NCBI GenBank assembly: GCA_964511375.1
Contig: CAZEEW010000002.1
Coordinates: forward strand, 36,157-100,156
Direction of reading: 5' to 3'
Source of the DNA: an uncultured Gammaproteobacteria bacterium
GTDB taxonomy: Bacteria; Patescibacteriota; Patescibacteriia; Magasanikbacterales; GWA2-37-8
Length of the DNA stretch: 64,000 bases
The notes under the pieces are model-generated. The model made no database searches, had not been told where the DNA came from, and worked only from the letters and a program-made list of their open reading frames with translations. The position numbers and the translations under genes are program-made. Of the stretch, positions 29,469-38,002 are shown one piece after another (the stretch's first letter is position 1; every line of letters begins with the position of its first letter).

Positions 29469-30017
29469 ATGTCACGTATTGGAAAAAAAATTCGACCGAT
29501 TCCAACTGGAGTTACAGTCGAAATCAATAAAGTAAATTTGAAAGTTAAAGGGCCAAAAGGCGAATTAACTTTGAAATTACACCCTCGTGTAATCGTAACC
29601 CAAAAGGACAATAATTTAGAATTTTCTGTTCGGAATGAAAATGATAAGAACGAACGGGCACTTTGGGGTACTTTCTCCAGTCTAGTAAATAACATGATAG
29701 ACGGTGTAACCAACGGTTTTAAAAAAGAATTAGAAATTAATGGTGTTGGTTTCCGTGCTAGTATGAAAGGCCAAAATCTTAGTTTAGAAATTGGTTTTTC
29801 TCATCCGGTTGAAGTTAAACCAATGCCCGGAACTAGTTTGAAAGTAGAAAAGAACGTTATTACTGTTGAAGGAACAGATAAACAAGTAGTCGGTGAAATG
29901 GCCGCTATCATTCGGGGACTTAAGAAACCAGAGCCATATAAAGGTAAAGGTATTAAATATATGGATGAAGTGGTTCGTCGCAAGGCCGGTAAGACTGCCG
30001 CTAAGGGTGCTAAATAA
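29469..30017 (+). CDS. rplF: 50S ribosomal protein L6
   Basis: MSRIGKK…, two-domain L6. Confidence 0.93.
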   Translation: MSRIGKKIRPIPTGVTVEINKVNLKVKGPKGELTLKLHPRVIVTQKDNNLEFSVRNENDKNERALWGTFSSLVNNMIDGVTNGFKKELEINGVGFRASMKGQNLSLEIGFSHPVEVKPMPGTSLKVEKNVITVEGTDKQVVGEMAAIIRGLKKPEPYKGKGIKYMDEVVRRKAGKTAAKGAK

Positions 30018-30039
30018 TTAGGAACTAATAAGGATACAT

Positions 30040-30414
30040 ATGCGAAGAATTTTCAATAAATCTAAAAACAGTTTACGCCAAGTCCGTCACAGTCGCGTTC
30101 GTGCTCGTGTGGTAGGCTCAGCAACAATCCCGCGTTTATCGGTCTTTCGTGGTTTGCGCTCAATGGTCGCACAGTTAATTGATGACACTAAAGGTCAAAC
30201 TTTGTGCCAAGCTACTTCCAAGGAAGTGCAGGGCAAGAAAGCTGAAGGCCGAACTGGCAAGGTCGCAGAAAGCTATTTACTTGGTCAATTACTAGCTGAA
30301 AAAGCCAAAGCTAAAGGTGTTTCCGTCGTTGTCTTTGATCGTGGTGGTTACAGCTATCACGGCCGTGTGGCAGCTTTAGCTGACGGTGCTCGCGAAGGCG
30401 GCTTAAAATTCTAA
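30040..30414 (+). CDS. rplR: 50S ribosomal protein L18
   Basis: Position; …VFDRGGYSYHGRVAALADGAREGGLKF. Confidence 0.92.
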   Translation: MRRIFNKSKNSLRQVRHSRVRARVVGSATIPRLSVFRGLRSMVAQLIDDTKGQTLCQATSKEVQGKKAEGRTGKVAESYLLGQLLAEKAKAKGVSVVVFDRGGYSYHGRVAALADGAREGGLKF

Positions 30415-30428
30415 TAATTCTTTGAACT

Positions 30429-30908
30429 ATGAGTAAACCTTTAAGTAGAGGACGCCGTGATGGCCGACCAGTCGAGAAACCCGAGTTTGATCAAAATATT
30501 TTAGATCTTGCTCGTGTTACTCGTGTTACCGAAGGCGGCAAACATTTAAGTTTTCGCGCTTGTGTGGTCCTAGGTGATCGCAAGGGACGTGTAGGTATTG
30601 GCTTGGCCAAAGGTAAGGATGTGCAGCTTGGCGTTGAGAAAGCTGTGAACAAGGCCAAGAAAAGTATGATCCGCGTGCCAGTATTAAAAGAAACGATTCC
30701 CCACGCTGTTGTAAAGAAGTTTAAGGCAGCCAAAATTATGTTAAAGCCAGCACCTCCTGGTTCTGGTATTATTGCTGGTGGTGCTGTACGTGTTGTTCTT
30801 GAACTAGCCGGTGTACCTAATGTTTCTTCCAAAATTTTAGGTAAGACAAAAAATAAAATCTCAATTGCTAAAGCCACTTTCCAAGCTTTGCAGTTGTTTA
30901 AAAAATAA
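30429..30908 (+). CDS. rpsE: 30S ribosomal protein S5
   Basis: Conserved S5 domains; followed directly by L15 (no L30). Confidence 0.93.
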   Translation: MSKPLSRGRRDGRPVEKPEFDQNILDLARVTRVTEGGKHLSFRACVVLGDRKGRVGIGLAKGKDVQLGVEKAVNKAKKSMIRVPVLKETIPHAVVKKFKAAKIMLKPAPPGSGIIAGGAVRVVLELAGVPNVSSKILGKTKNKISIAKATFQALQLFKK

Positions 30909-30913
30909 TTATT

Positions 30914-31354
30914 ATGACTTTACGAGCCCATACCTTGAAACCGGCTCCGGGCGCCCGCCACTCTTTAAAGCGAGTTGGTCGTGGCAATGCCTCAGGACAC
31001 GGTAACTACTCTGGCCATGGTGGCAAGGGTCAAACCGCTCGCTCTGGTGGTAACGCTGGTTTGAAACTCAAAGGTTTTAAAATGTTGTTACAATCAACTC
31101 CAAAGCTACGTGGCTTCAAGAGTTTATCTAACAAACCACGCACCTTGACCTTAACGGACTTAGAAAAGAATTTTAATGAAGGTGAGGTAGTAACAATCGC
31201 AACTCTTCGTGAAAAGAAGGTTGTTGGTAAAACCGTTAGTGCTGTAAAAGTAGTTAATACCGGTGAATTGAAAAAGAAGTTAGTTCTTGAAGGTATTAAG
31301 ACTACTAAAACCGTAATGGAAAAAATCACGAGTTTAGGCGGTGAAGTTAAATAG
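30914..31354 (+). CDS. rplO: 50S ribosomal protein L15
   Basis: GRGNASGHGNYSGHGGKGQTARSG. Confidence 0.93.
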   Translation: MTLRAHTLKPAPGARHSLKRVGRGNASGHGNYSGHGGKGQTARSGGNAGLKLKGFKMLLQSTPKLRGFKSLSNKPRTLTLTDLEKNFNEGEVVTIATLREKKVVGKTVSAVKVVNTGELKKKLVLEGIKTTKTVMEKITSLGGEVK

Positions 31355-31391
31355 GGGATAAACATTTCCCCTTTTTCCTTATCTAATTACT

Positions 31392-32666
31392 ATGTGGGAA
31401 AAATTTAAACAAATTTGGCAGATTAAGGAATTACGAAACAAAATCTTATTTGTTCTTGCTCTTTTAGTTGTCTTCCGTCTGGTTGCTCATATTCCGATTC
31501 CTGGTGTAAATGTAGAGAATCTACGTAACTTTTTCCAAAGCAATCAGTTGCTTGGATTATTGAATGCGTTTACCGGTGGTACGATGGAAAACTTTTCTGT
31601 AGTCATGCTTGGTGTTGGCCCTTACATTACTGCTTCGATCATCTTCCAGCTTTTAGCGATGATCGTGCCGAAACTTGAAGAAATGACCAAAGAAGGCGAA
31701 TCTGGACAACAGAAAATTAACATGTACACTCGCTGGCTTACTGTTCCCTTAGCTTTTCTACAGGCTTATAGCATGATCAAGTTGTTAGGCCAGTCTTCTC
31801 AACCAATCATTGGAAATCTCGATACTTTCCAGTTTATTACTGTCATGTTAACCATTACCGCTGGTACCATGTTTCTTATGTGGATCGGTGAAATCATTAC
31901 TGAACAAAAGGTTGGTAATGGCATCTCTCTTTTAATCTTTGCTGGTATTGTGTCTGGTTTACCTGGCGCTGTACGTAATGTTTTTTTGAACTACACCTCA
32001 GCTGACCTTTACACCGTCATTCTCTTTGCGGCTATTGCGGTTCTAACTGTTGTTGGTGTTGTATTCATTAACGAAGGTCAAAGAAATATTCCGGTTAGCT
32101 ACGCTAAACAGGTCCGTGGTAACAAGATATATGGTGGTTCTAACACTCACTTGCCAATGCGCGTTAACATGGCTGGTGTTATCCCAATCATCTTTGCTAT
32201 CTCTTTAGTTTTGTTCCCGCCGATGATCGCACAATTCTTTGTAAACGCGAGAACGGCGTGGGTTGCTAACCTGGCTGAATGGGTTATTACTACTTTCCAG
32301 AATCAAGTTTTCTACGCTATTGCTTACTTCTTACTAGTTTTTGGTTTTACCTATTTCTACACTGCCGTCGTATTTCATCCTCAGAAGATTGCTGAGAATT
32401 TGCAAAAGCAAGGTGGTTTTATTCCTGGTATTCGACCGGGCAAAGAGACTGAGAACTACTTACATCGCACCATGAATCGCATTAACCTAATCGGAGCATT
32501 GTTTCTGGGTGTAATCGCCATCCTCCCTCTTATCTTACAAGGTGCTCTTGGTACACAAAGTCTAGCCATTGGTGGTACCAGTTTGCTGATCGTGGTGGCT
32601 GTTGCGATTGAAACAGCTAAGCAGATCGAAGCCCAGGTAACAATGCATGAGTACGATAGGATATAA
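31392..32666 (+). CDS. secY: Preprotein translocase subunit SecY
   Basis: 10-TM protein, position after L15. Confidence 0.95.
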   Translation: MWEKFKQIWQIKELRNKILFVLALLVVFRLVAHIPIPGVNVENLRNFFQSNQLLGLLNAFTGGTMENFSVVMLGVGPYITASIIFQLLAMIVPKLEEMTKEGESGQQKINMYTRWLTVPLAFLQAYSMIKLLGQSSQPIIGNLDTFQFITVMLTITAGTMFLMWIGEIITEQKVGNGISLLIFAGIVSGLPGAVRNVFLNYTSADLYTVILFAAIAVLTVVGVVFINEGQRNIPVSYAKQVRGNKIYGGSNTHLPMRVNMAGVIPIIFAISLVLFPPMIAQFFVNARTAWVANLAEWVITTFQNQVFYAIAYFLLVFGFTYFYTAVVFHPQKIAENLQKQGGFIPGIRPGKETENYLHRTMNRINLIGALFLGVIAILPLILQGALGTQSLAIGGTSLLIVVAVAIETAKQIEAQVTMHEYDRI

Positions 32667-32694
32667 TGACAAGACAGAACTAAAACTAGAAATC

Positions 32695-32735
32695 AAAAAC
32701 CCAGTACTATATAGTGCTGGGTTTTATTGTTTCGG
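32695..32735 (+). terminator. Terminator after secY (aaaaacccagtact-atat-agtgctgggttttattgtt); near-duplicate after asnS
   Basis: Stem + T-run; same frame aaaacccag…ctgggttttattgt as 37478-37512. Confidence 0.6.
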
Positions 32736-32741
32736 TTTATA

Positions 32742-32797
32742 CTTCTCGACTCTCCAGAAAAGTCTATCTTAAACTTCTCTGGAGTCCAGTCGAGAAG
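32742..32797. repeat. Imperfect ~20-bp-arm inverted repeat (cttctcgactctccaga … tctggagtccagtcgagaag) at edge of GC-rich islet 3
   Basis: Seen directly; no T-run, so not an obvious terminator. Confidence 0.5.
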
Positions 32798-32834
32798 CGC
32801 GGGGTGAAGGCGCGACGCGTCTGTCCTCCGCCCC

Positions 32835-33125
32835 TTAGGTCAAGAATGCCTCGAGCAGGGCTCTGACGATCGTTCGTCCGAGCTGGTTCTGCAGGGTCGG
32901 CATTGCCGAGCCCGTCATCCCGGCTAGGAAGAAAATCGCCGCAACCGCACCGAGCGCTACCCCGGTAAGGGGAGGGTGCGGAGGGTTCTTGAGTCCGTCG
33001 TTAATCGCTGCCGCAGTTGCGACAGCAAGCGTCAGTGCTCCTAGTACGGTCCAGATCATATTCTTTCCTCCTCTTGTTTCCGTTGCGAAACAGCCAACTT
33101 TATCACAAACTCCGCCCATTGTCAA
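32835..33125 (-). CDS. GC-rich islet 3: small two-TM membrane protein (74 aa from ATG at 33059 with AGGAGG SD; longer 96-aa ORF to 33125)
   Basis: ~62% GC block between secY and adk; strong SD; two hydrophobic helices with G/A-rich faces. Confidence 0.45.
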   Translation of the reverse strand: MTMGGVCDKVGCFATETRGGKNMIWTVLGALTLAVATAAAINDGLKNPPHPPLTGVALGAVAAIFFLAGMTGSAMPTLQNQLGRTIVRALLEAFLT

Positions 33126-33147
33126 GTCTAAAAACCTATGGTATAAT
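33119..33147 (+). promoter_or_regulatory. Sigma70-like promoter for adk (TTGTCA-17-TATAAT)
   Basis: ttgtcaagtctaaaaacctatggtataat. Confidence 0.5.
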
Positions 33148-33225
33148 CCTTTTTGTTGGAAATTAGGCTAAATATAGCCCATGCCCCTTTTGGGGCGTTT
33201 TTCTTTCAGAACATTAATTATTATC

Positions 33226-33885
33226 ATGAAAAAAGTAATAATTCTTATCGGTCCTCCTGGATCAGGTAAAGGTACGCAAGCTAAGAGATTGGCGGCTAAG
33301 TTTAGGTATGGACATATATCCACTGGAGATTTACTGCGTCGTTTAATGACGAAAGGAAATAACGAACCAGAAATTGAAGTAATCTTAGAAGAGGTGCGCT
33401 CCGGTAAACTTGCTCCTGATTGGCTTATTTACAAACTTGCCTTTGAAGAAATGGATAAATATCTAGACGAAGATAAAGGAGTTGTCCTAGACGGTGCAAT
33501 TCGTAATACACTCCAAGCAGAAAAGTACGAAGAATATTTTAAAAATAAAAATTTGGAAACCGAAGTGGTGGCAATCGAGATTGCTTTGTCCGACGAAGAA
33601 TCTTACAAGCGTCTAACTCGACGCAAGGTCTGCAACGGTTGTGGGGATATTGTTACCTGGACAAAATTTACCGGTCAGGTTGAAAAGTGTATTAAGTGTG
33701 GTGGCAACTTAGTCATTCGCATGGATGATAATCCGGAAACAGTGAAGAAGAGAATAGCGAGCCAAGGGAATGCTGCTATGGCCCCAATTGTCGATTTTTA
33801 TAGCAATCTAGGCCTGTTACAACGTGTTGATGGAGCAGTTAGCATCCCTGAGGTGGACAAACAAATCGAACAAGTGTTACAGTAA
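33226..33885 (+). CDS. adk: Adenylate kinase (zinc-lid type); ORF also open from 33181
   Basis: MKKVIILIGPPGSGKGTQA; lid CNGCGD…CIKCGG. Confidence 0.92.
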   Translation: MKKVIILIGPPGSGKGTQAKRLAAKFRYGHISTGDLLRRLMTKGNNEPEIEVILEEVRSGKLAPDWLIYKLAFEEMDKYLDEDKGVVLDGAIRNTLQAEKYEEYFKNKNLETEVVAIEIALSDEESYKRLTRRKVCNGCGDIVTWTKFTGQVEKCIKCGGNLVIRMDDNPETVKKRIASQGNAAMAPIVDFYSNLGLLQRVDGAVSIPEVDKQIEQVLQ

Positions 33886-33909
33886 AGTGGTAAAACTAAT
33901 CTTTATCCC

Positions 33910-34734
33910 ATGCTAATAAAGGCCAAAGAAGATATTAAATCCCTGGAAAAAAGCGGCAAAATCATTGGCGAAATTCTTGAAGAACTCGGTAAAATGTGTA
34001 AGGCTGGTGTTTCCACCTACGACATTGATGTTGCTGCCGAAAAAATGATTCTTGAAGCTGGTGGCCGTCCTGCTTTTAAAGGTTATTGTGCCTCTTCTAC
34101 CGACACTCCTTTTCCAGGTACGATTTGCGCTTCTTTAAATCATGAAATTGTTCATGGTATTCCTCGACCGGAAATTGTTTTAAAAAATGGAGACATTTTT
34201 ACGATTGACATTGGTATGGAATGGCCGTATGCTAAAAAGTCACGTGGTAAACAAAAACAAAAAAGAGGGGTGTATACCGACACCGCGATTACAGTCGCCA
34301 TTGGTGACATAAATGAAAAAGTGCAGAAATTGATGCGCGTGACCCAAGAAGCTTTAGAGATGGCTATTCAAGCTGTTGTACCTGGCCATACTATCGCGAG
34401 CATTGGTAAAGCCGTTGAAGAATACGTGAAAAGCCAAGGTAAATATGGGATTATTCGGGATTTAGTGGGACACGGTGTTGGTTATGCCGTGCATGAGGAA
34501 CCCCGTATTCCGAATTATTATGATCAGCGTTTAGAAAGCTGGCTAATCCAACCTGGTATGGTTTTAGCACTTGAGCCCATGATTGCACTCGGTGATCATC
34601 GAATTGCTTCTGGTGCCGACGGTTGGACCATTGAGACTCTCGATCGTTCGCTTTGTGCCCATTACGAGCACACTGTTGTTGTTACTAACAAGGGTTGCAA
34701 AGTAATTACTCGTCGACCAGAAGAATTAGTATGA
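33910..34734 (+). CDS. map: Methionine aminopeptidase type I
   Basis: Pita-bread fold with metal-ligand D/H/E motifs (GHGVG, EPM); position after adk. Confidence 0.9.
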   Translation: MLIKAKEDIKSLEKSGKIIGEILEELGKMCKAGVSTYDIDVAAEKMILEAGGRPAFKGYCASSTDTPFPGTICASLNHEIVHGIPRPEIVLKNGDIFTIDIGMEWPYAKKSRGKQKQKRGVYTDTAITVAIGDINEKVQKLMRVTQEALEMAIQAVVPGHTIASIGKAVEEYVKSQGKYGIIRDLVGHGVGYAVHEEPRIPNYYDQRLESWLIQPGMVLALEPMIALGDHRIASGADGWTIETLDRSLCAHYEHTVVVTNKGCKVITRRPEELV

Positions 34735-35117
34735 ACATTTTAGCTATTGATTTCGGGACAAAAAATATTGGTTTAGCTTGGGCGGACACTGGTATTGGCA
34801 CGGCTCTACCATTTGGTTTAGTAGATAGCCGAGATAAGGGAAAAAGGAATCGTGAATTAGAGAAACTGGTAGAAAGAGAAAGTATCGACAAAATTGTGAT
34901 TGGTTTACCGCTCGGCATGGATGGAAAAGAGAATGACAACACCGCCCGTGTTAGAAAATTTGCCGAGGAACTGGAAGAGTTTGTACCTGTCCCCATAGAT
35001 TTCTTTGATGAGCGCTTAAGTTCATATGAAGCTGATCGGGCTGGAGACACAGGAGTGTCTCGCGATGAAATGTCAGCGGTCGTAATCTTGAATGCCTATT
35101 TGGAGAAAATAAAATAA
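34731..35117 (+). CDS. ruvX: Holliday junction resolvase-like protein RuvX/YqgF
   Basis: MNILAIDFGTKNIGLAWAD; start overlaps map stop (ATGA). Confidence 0.85.
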   Translation: MNILAIDFGTKNIGLAWADTGIGTALPFGLVDSRDKGKRNRELEKLVERESIDKIVIGLPLGMDGKENDNTARVRKFAEELEEFVPVPIDFFDERLSSYEADRAGDTGVSRDEMSAVVILNAYLEKIK

Positions 35118-35118
35118 T

Positions 35119-35850
35119 ATGCAAGCCATTATCTTGCGTCGCCAAGATTTCCGGGAATATGATGAGATTATTACGTTATACACCCTAGAAGGAGGCAAAG
35201 TAAACGCCCTGGCGAGAAGCGTAAAAAAAATTACCAGTAAAAATTCGGCTCATCTTGAGCCTTTTTCTTTAGTCGAAGCGGAGATTATTAAGGGCCAGGA
35301 AGTCCAACATATTATTAAGGCCCGCGGTTTGAATATCTTCTTAGGCTTAAGAAACAATCTTAAGAAAATGTCCATGGCGGCATTTATTGTTCATCTTTTT
35401 GACCAGCTTTTAGAAGTGGGGGAAAGAGATGAACAGCTTTTTTATCTGCTGCAAAGTTGGTTGGAGTTTCTGGATGTTTGTCATACTCCAAATAATATCC
35501 TAGTTTTAGGCTTAGAGATTAAGTTACTGCAACGCTTAGGTTTTACACCAATTCTCGACGACTGTGGCTTGGACCATGAGCGCCTTGGAGAAACTAATTT
35601 CTTTTTTTACCCAGCTGGTGGGATGTTGCTTTGTGAAAGTTGCGCCAAATTTAAAAGACAAAGCAACGAGGAATTGGTTGTTTTTAATCGAGGTCTTCAA
35701 GATGGTTTGAAAGTTTTGTTATATGGTGATTGGAAGAAAATTAGTGAATTAACTTTGAGCGAAAAAGAGATGAAGCACTTAGAAATTTCAGTATACTTGT
35801 TTTTGCGTTACCACACAGAGAAAAAGATTATAAGATTTAAAGGAGTTTAA
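35119..35850 (+). CDS. recO: DNA repair protein RecO
   Basis: N-terminal OB region MQAIILRRQDFREYDEIITLYT, CxxC zinc motif. Confidence 0.8.
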   Translation: MQAIILRRQDFREYDEIITLYTLEGGKVNALARSVKKITSKNSAHLEPFSLVEAEIIKGQEVQHIIKARGLNIFLGLRNNLKKMSMAAFIVHLFDQLLEVGERDEQLFYLLQSWLEFLDVCHTPNNILVLGLEIKLLQRLGFTPILDDCGLDHERLGETNFFFYPAGGMLLCESCAKFKRQSNEELVVFNRGLQDGLKVLLYGDWKKISELTLSEKEMKHLEISVYLFLRYHTEKKIIRFKGV

Positions 35851-35858
35851 TTAGAGAA

Positions 35859-35880
35859 CCCCACGACCGTGGTCGTGGGG
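35859..35880. terminator. Perfect GC hairpin ccccacgacc-gt-ggtcgtgggg after recO; edge of GC-rich islet 4
   Basis: 10-bp perfect stem; no T-run. Confidence 0.45.
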
Positions 35881-35906
35881 GCTGTGGGCCTTGCGCTTGG
35901 ACGGGT

Positions 35907-36041
35907 TTAACCACCACAAGCTGCTCGCAGGGCCAGGACAATAAATCCGACGATGATCAGGGCGCCAATCGCCCTAAATATCCCGCCGAAGATGAGGCAG
36001 ATCAGGCCGAGCGCAAACCCGGCCAAAAACCAACTTAGCAT
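35907..36041 (-). CDS. GC-rich islet 4: 44-aa hydrophobic single/double-TM peptide (MLSWFLAGFALGLICLIFGGIFRAIGALIIVGFIVLALRAACGG); below the ORF-track size cutoff
   Basis: GGAGG 5 nt upstream of ATG; ~62% GC; translated by hand. Confidence 0.4.
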   Translation of the reverse strand: MLSWFLAGFALGLICLIFGGIFRAIGALIIVGFIVLALRAACGG

Positions 36042-36153
36042 TTGTCCCTCCTAGTCGCCTTATTGAATTTTATATCATTCTATCCTCTTCAGCAAAACTT
36101 GCTAAAATTAGCGAAAAATGGTAAGCTAAAAAGGCTTTAAGCTTTGAAAACAT

Positions 36154-37446
36154 ATGTATTCCCTAATAAAAGATTTATCTAAACATGTTGGTGAAGAAGT
36201 AGTAATAAAAGGGTGGTTGTATAACAAGCGTTCTTCTGGCCCGATTGCTTTTCTTGAACTTCGAGATGGTTATGGTTGGGTACAGGGCGTGGTTGTTAAA
36301 AACGACGTCTCTGAGAAAGTGTGGCAAGACGCTGAGAAATTAACACAAGAGTCTTCTCTTGAATTAGTCGGTGTTGTGACTAAACATCCTAAAAAGGAAA
36401 ATATTTTTGAACTCCAAGTTAAAGACATTAAAGTAATTCAAATATCAGGAGAATATCCAATTGCTTTAAAAGAACATGGCCCGGACTTTTTAATGGATAA
36501 CCGTCATTTGTGGCTAAGAAGTAAAAAACAATGGGCGCTCTTACGTCTCAGGGATGCAATTATTACTGCTGTTAATGAATATCTGCATCAAGAGAATTTT
36601 ATTAAAGTTGATTCACCGATTTTTACACCAAATGCTTGTGAAGGCACAACCACATTATTCCCGGTGCCATATTTTGATCTTGGTACAGCTTATTTGTCTC
36701 AATCCGGTCAGTTGTATATTGAGGCTGCTATTGCTTCCGTTGGCCGTTGTTATGACTTTGGTCCAGTGTTTCGCGCCGAGAAGAGTAAGACCAAGCGCCA
36801 TTTAACCGAATTTTGGATGATGGATGCCGAAGGTGCCTTTATGGAGCATGAGGATAATTTAAAAAACCAAGAGGGTTTAGTACGTTATGTCGTACGTTAC
36901 GTTTTAGAACATTGTGATGAAGAATTAACTGTAATGGAAAGAGATAAAGAAAGATTGCGTCAAGCTGATGCTCCATTTACACGATTGACATATGACCAAG
37001 CGATTGAAAAACTTCATGAATTAGGATCAGATATTAAGTACGGTGAAGATCTGGGTAATGACGATGAAGGTCTTTTGACCAAAGATAGTGTTGTGCCAGT
37101 GTTTATTGAAAAATGGCCGAAAAGTATTAAGCCGTTTTACATGAAGCGTGACCCAAATAATGCTGAGCTGGTTTTAAATGACGACCTAATTGCCACCGAT
37201 GGTGGGGGAGAATTAATTGGTGGTAGCCAGCGCGAAGATAATTTTGATCTTTTGCTTGAACGTATTAAACATGAAGGCCTCCCAGTGGAAGATTATGAGT
37301 GGTATTTAGATTTACGTCGCTACGGCGCAGTGCCACATTCAGGATTTGGTATTGGTCTAGAACGCACTGTGCGCTGGATCTCTGGTACCGAACACATTCG
37401 TGAGTGTATCCCATTCCCGAGGACGATTGGAAGATTGAAACCGTAA
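36154..37446 (+). CDS. asnS: Asparaginyl-tRNA synthetase (class IIb)
   Basis: Motif 2 FRAEKSKTKRHLTEFWMMDAE, motif 3 GFGIGLERTV, 430 aa. Confidence 0.8.
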   Translation: MYSLIKDLSKHVGEEVVIKGWLYNKRSSGPIAFLELRDGYGWVQGVVVKNDVSEKVWQDAEKLTQESSLELVGVVTKHPKKENIFELQVKDIKVIQISGEYPIALKEHGPDFLMDNRHLWLRSKKQWALLRLRDAIITAVNEYLHQENFIKVDSPIFTPNACEGTTTLFPVPYFDLGTAYLSQSGQLYIEAAIASVGRCYDFGPVFRAEKSKTKRHLTEFWMMDAEGAFMEHEDNLKNQEGLVRYVVRYVLEHCDEELTVMERDKERLRQADAPFTRLTYDQAIEKLHELGSDIKYGEDLGNDDEGLLTKDSVVPVFIEKWPKSIKPFYMKRDPNNAELVLNDDLIATDGGGELIGGSQREDNFDLLLERIKHEGLPVEDYEWYLDLRRYGAVPHSGFGIGLERTVRWISGTEHIRECIPFPRTIGRLKP

Positions 37447-37477
37447 CGAGAAAAGGAGCATTAAAGTTCAAGAAACA

Positions 37478-37512
37478 AAAACCCAGCGCTAATTGCACTG
37501 GGTTTTATTGTG
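37478..37512 (+). terminator. Terminator after asnS (aaaacccagcgc-taatt-gcactgggttttattgt)
   Basis: Near-duplicate of secY terminator. Confidence 0.6.
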
Positions 37513-37525
37513 TTCCTTGATCTTA

Positions 37526-37583
37526 CGCTTCGCAGTTGATCTGAAATAACAATTGTTATTATCTCAGACCGACACTGCGAAGC
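37526..37583. repeat. Inverted repeat cgcttcgcagt … actgcgaagc enclosing a perfect 16-bp palindrome AATAACAATTGTTATT (37545-37560)
   Basis: Seen directly; operator-like symmetric site at the edge of GC-rich islet 5. Confidence 0.6.
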
Positions 37584-37612
37584 ATCGGACGCGCACACGC
37601 GCATGTTGGGGA

Positions 37613-38002
37613 TCAGAATCGGAGGGGGGTCGATGCCAGCTTGTCCCGTAAGTCCTTGAGGACCTGGTTTCGGTAGGGGAAGTACTCTGACCCGGTGCTG
37701 AGCTCGAGCCACATGCACCGCTCGCCGTGCTGTAGGTAGACTTCTACCGCGTCGTTGGAACAGCTTGGTGCACACCAGGGATCGATCTTGTACATCTCTG
37801 GGATGCGATCGAAGCTGTTCTCCAGCGCGTAGAAGACACCCTTGTCACAGTAAGACTTGACGACGAGCAGACGCCCTTCAGTTTGCGAGCGCAGAACTTG
37901 GTTGCTCTCGCGGTACAGCCGTGGACAAAACCACCCGAACAAGAACCAGATCACCGCGATCGTCGTCGCCGTCTTCATCGCCGCCGAGGTAAGCCTTTTC
38001 AT
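37613..38002 (-). CDS. GC-rich islet 5: 129-aa signal-anchored/secreted protein with 4+ Cys
   Basis: GGAG 7 nt upstream of ATG; N-terminal hydrophobic MKTATTIAVIWFLFGWF; ~60% GC. Confidence 0.45.
   Translation of the reverse strand: MKRLTSAAMKTATTIAVIWFLFGWFCPRLYRESNQVLRSQTEGRLLVVKSYCDKGVFYALENSFDRIPEMYKIDPWCAPSCSNDAVEVYLQHGERCMWLELSTGSEYFPYRNQVLKDLRDKLASTPLRF

Noticed and set aside
33181-33225. Longer adk start at 33181 (MPLLGRFSFRTLIII-)
   Set aside because: The canonical Adk N-terminus MKKVIILIGPPG begins at 33226 and the -10 element sits at 33142-33147. The upstream 15 codons are probably leader.
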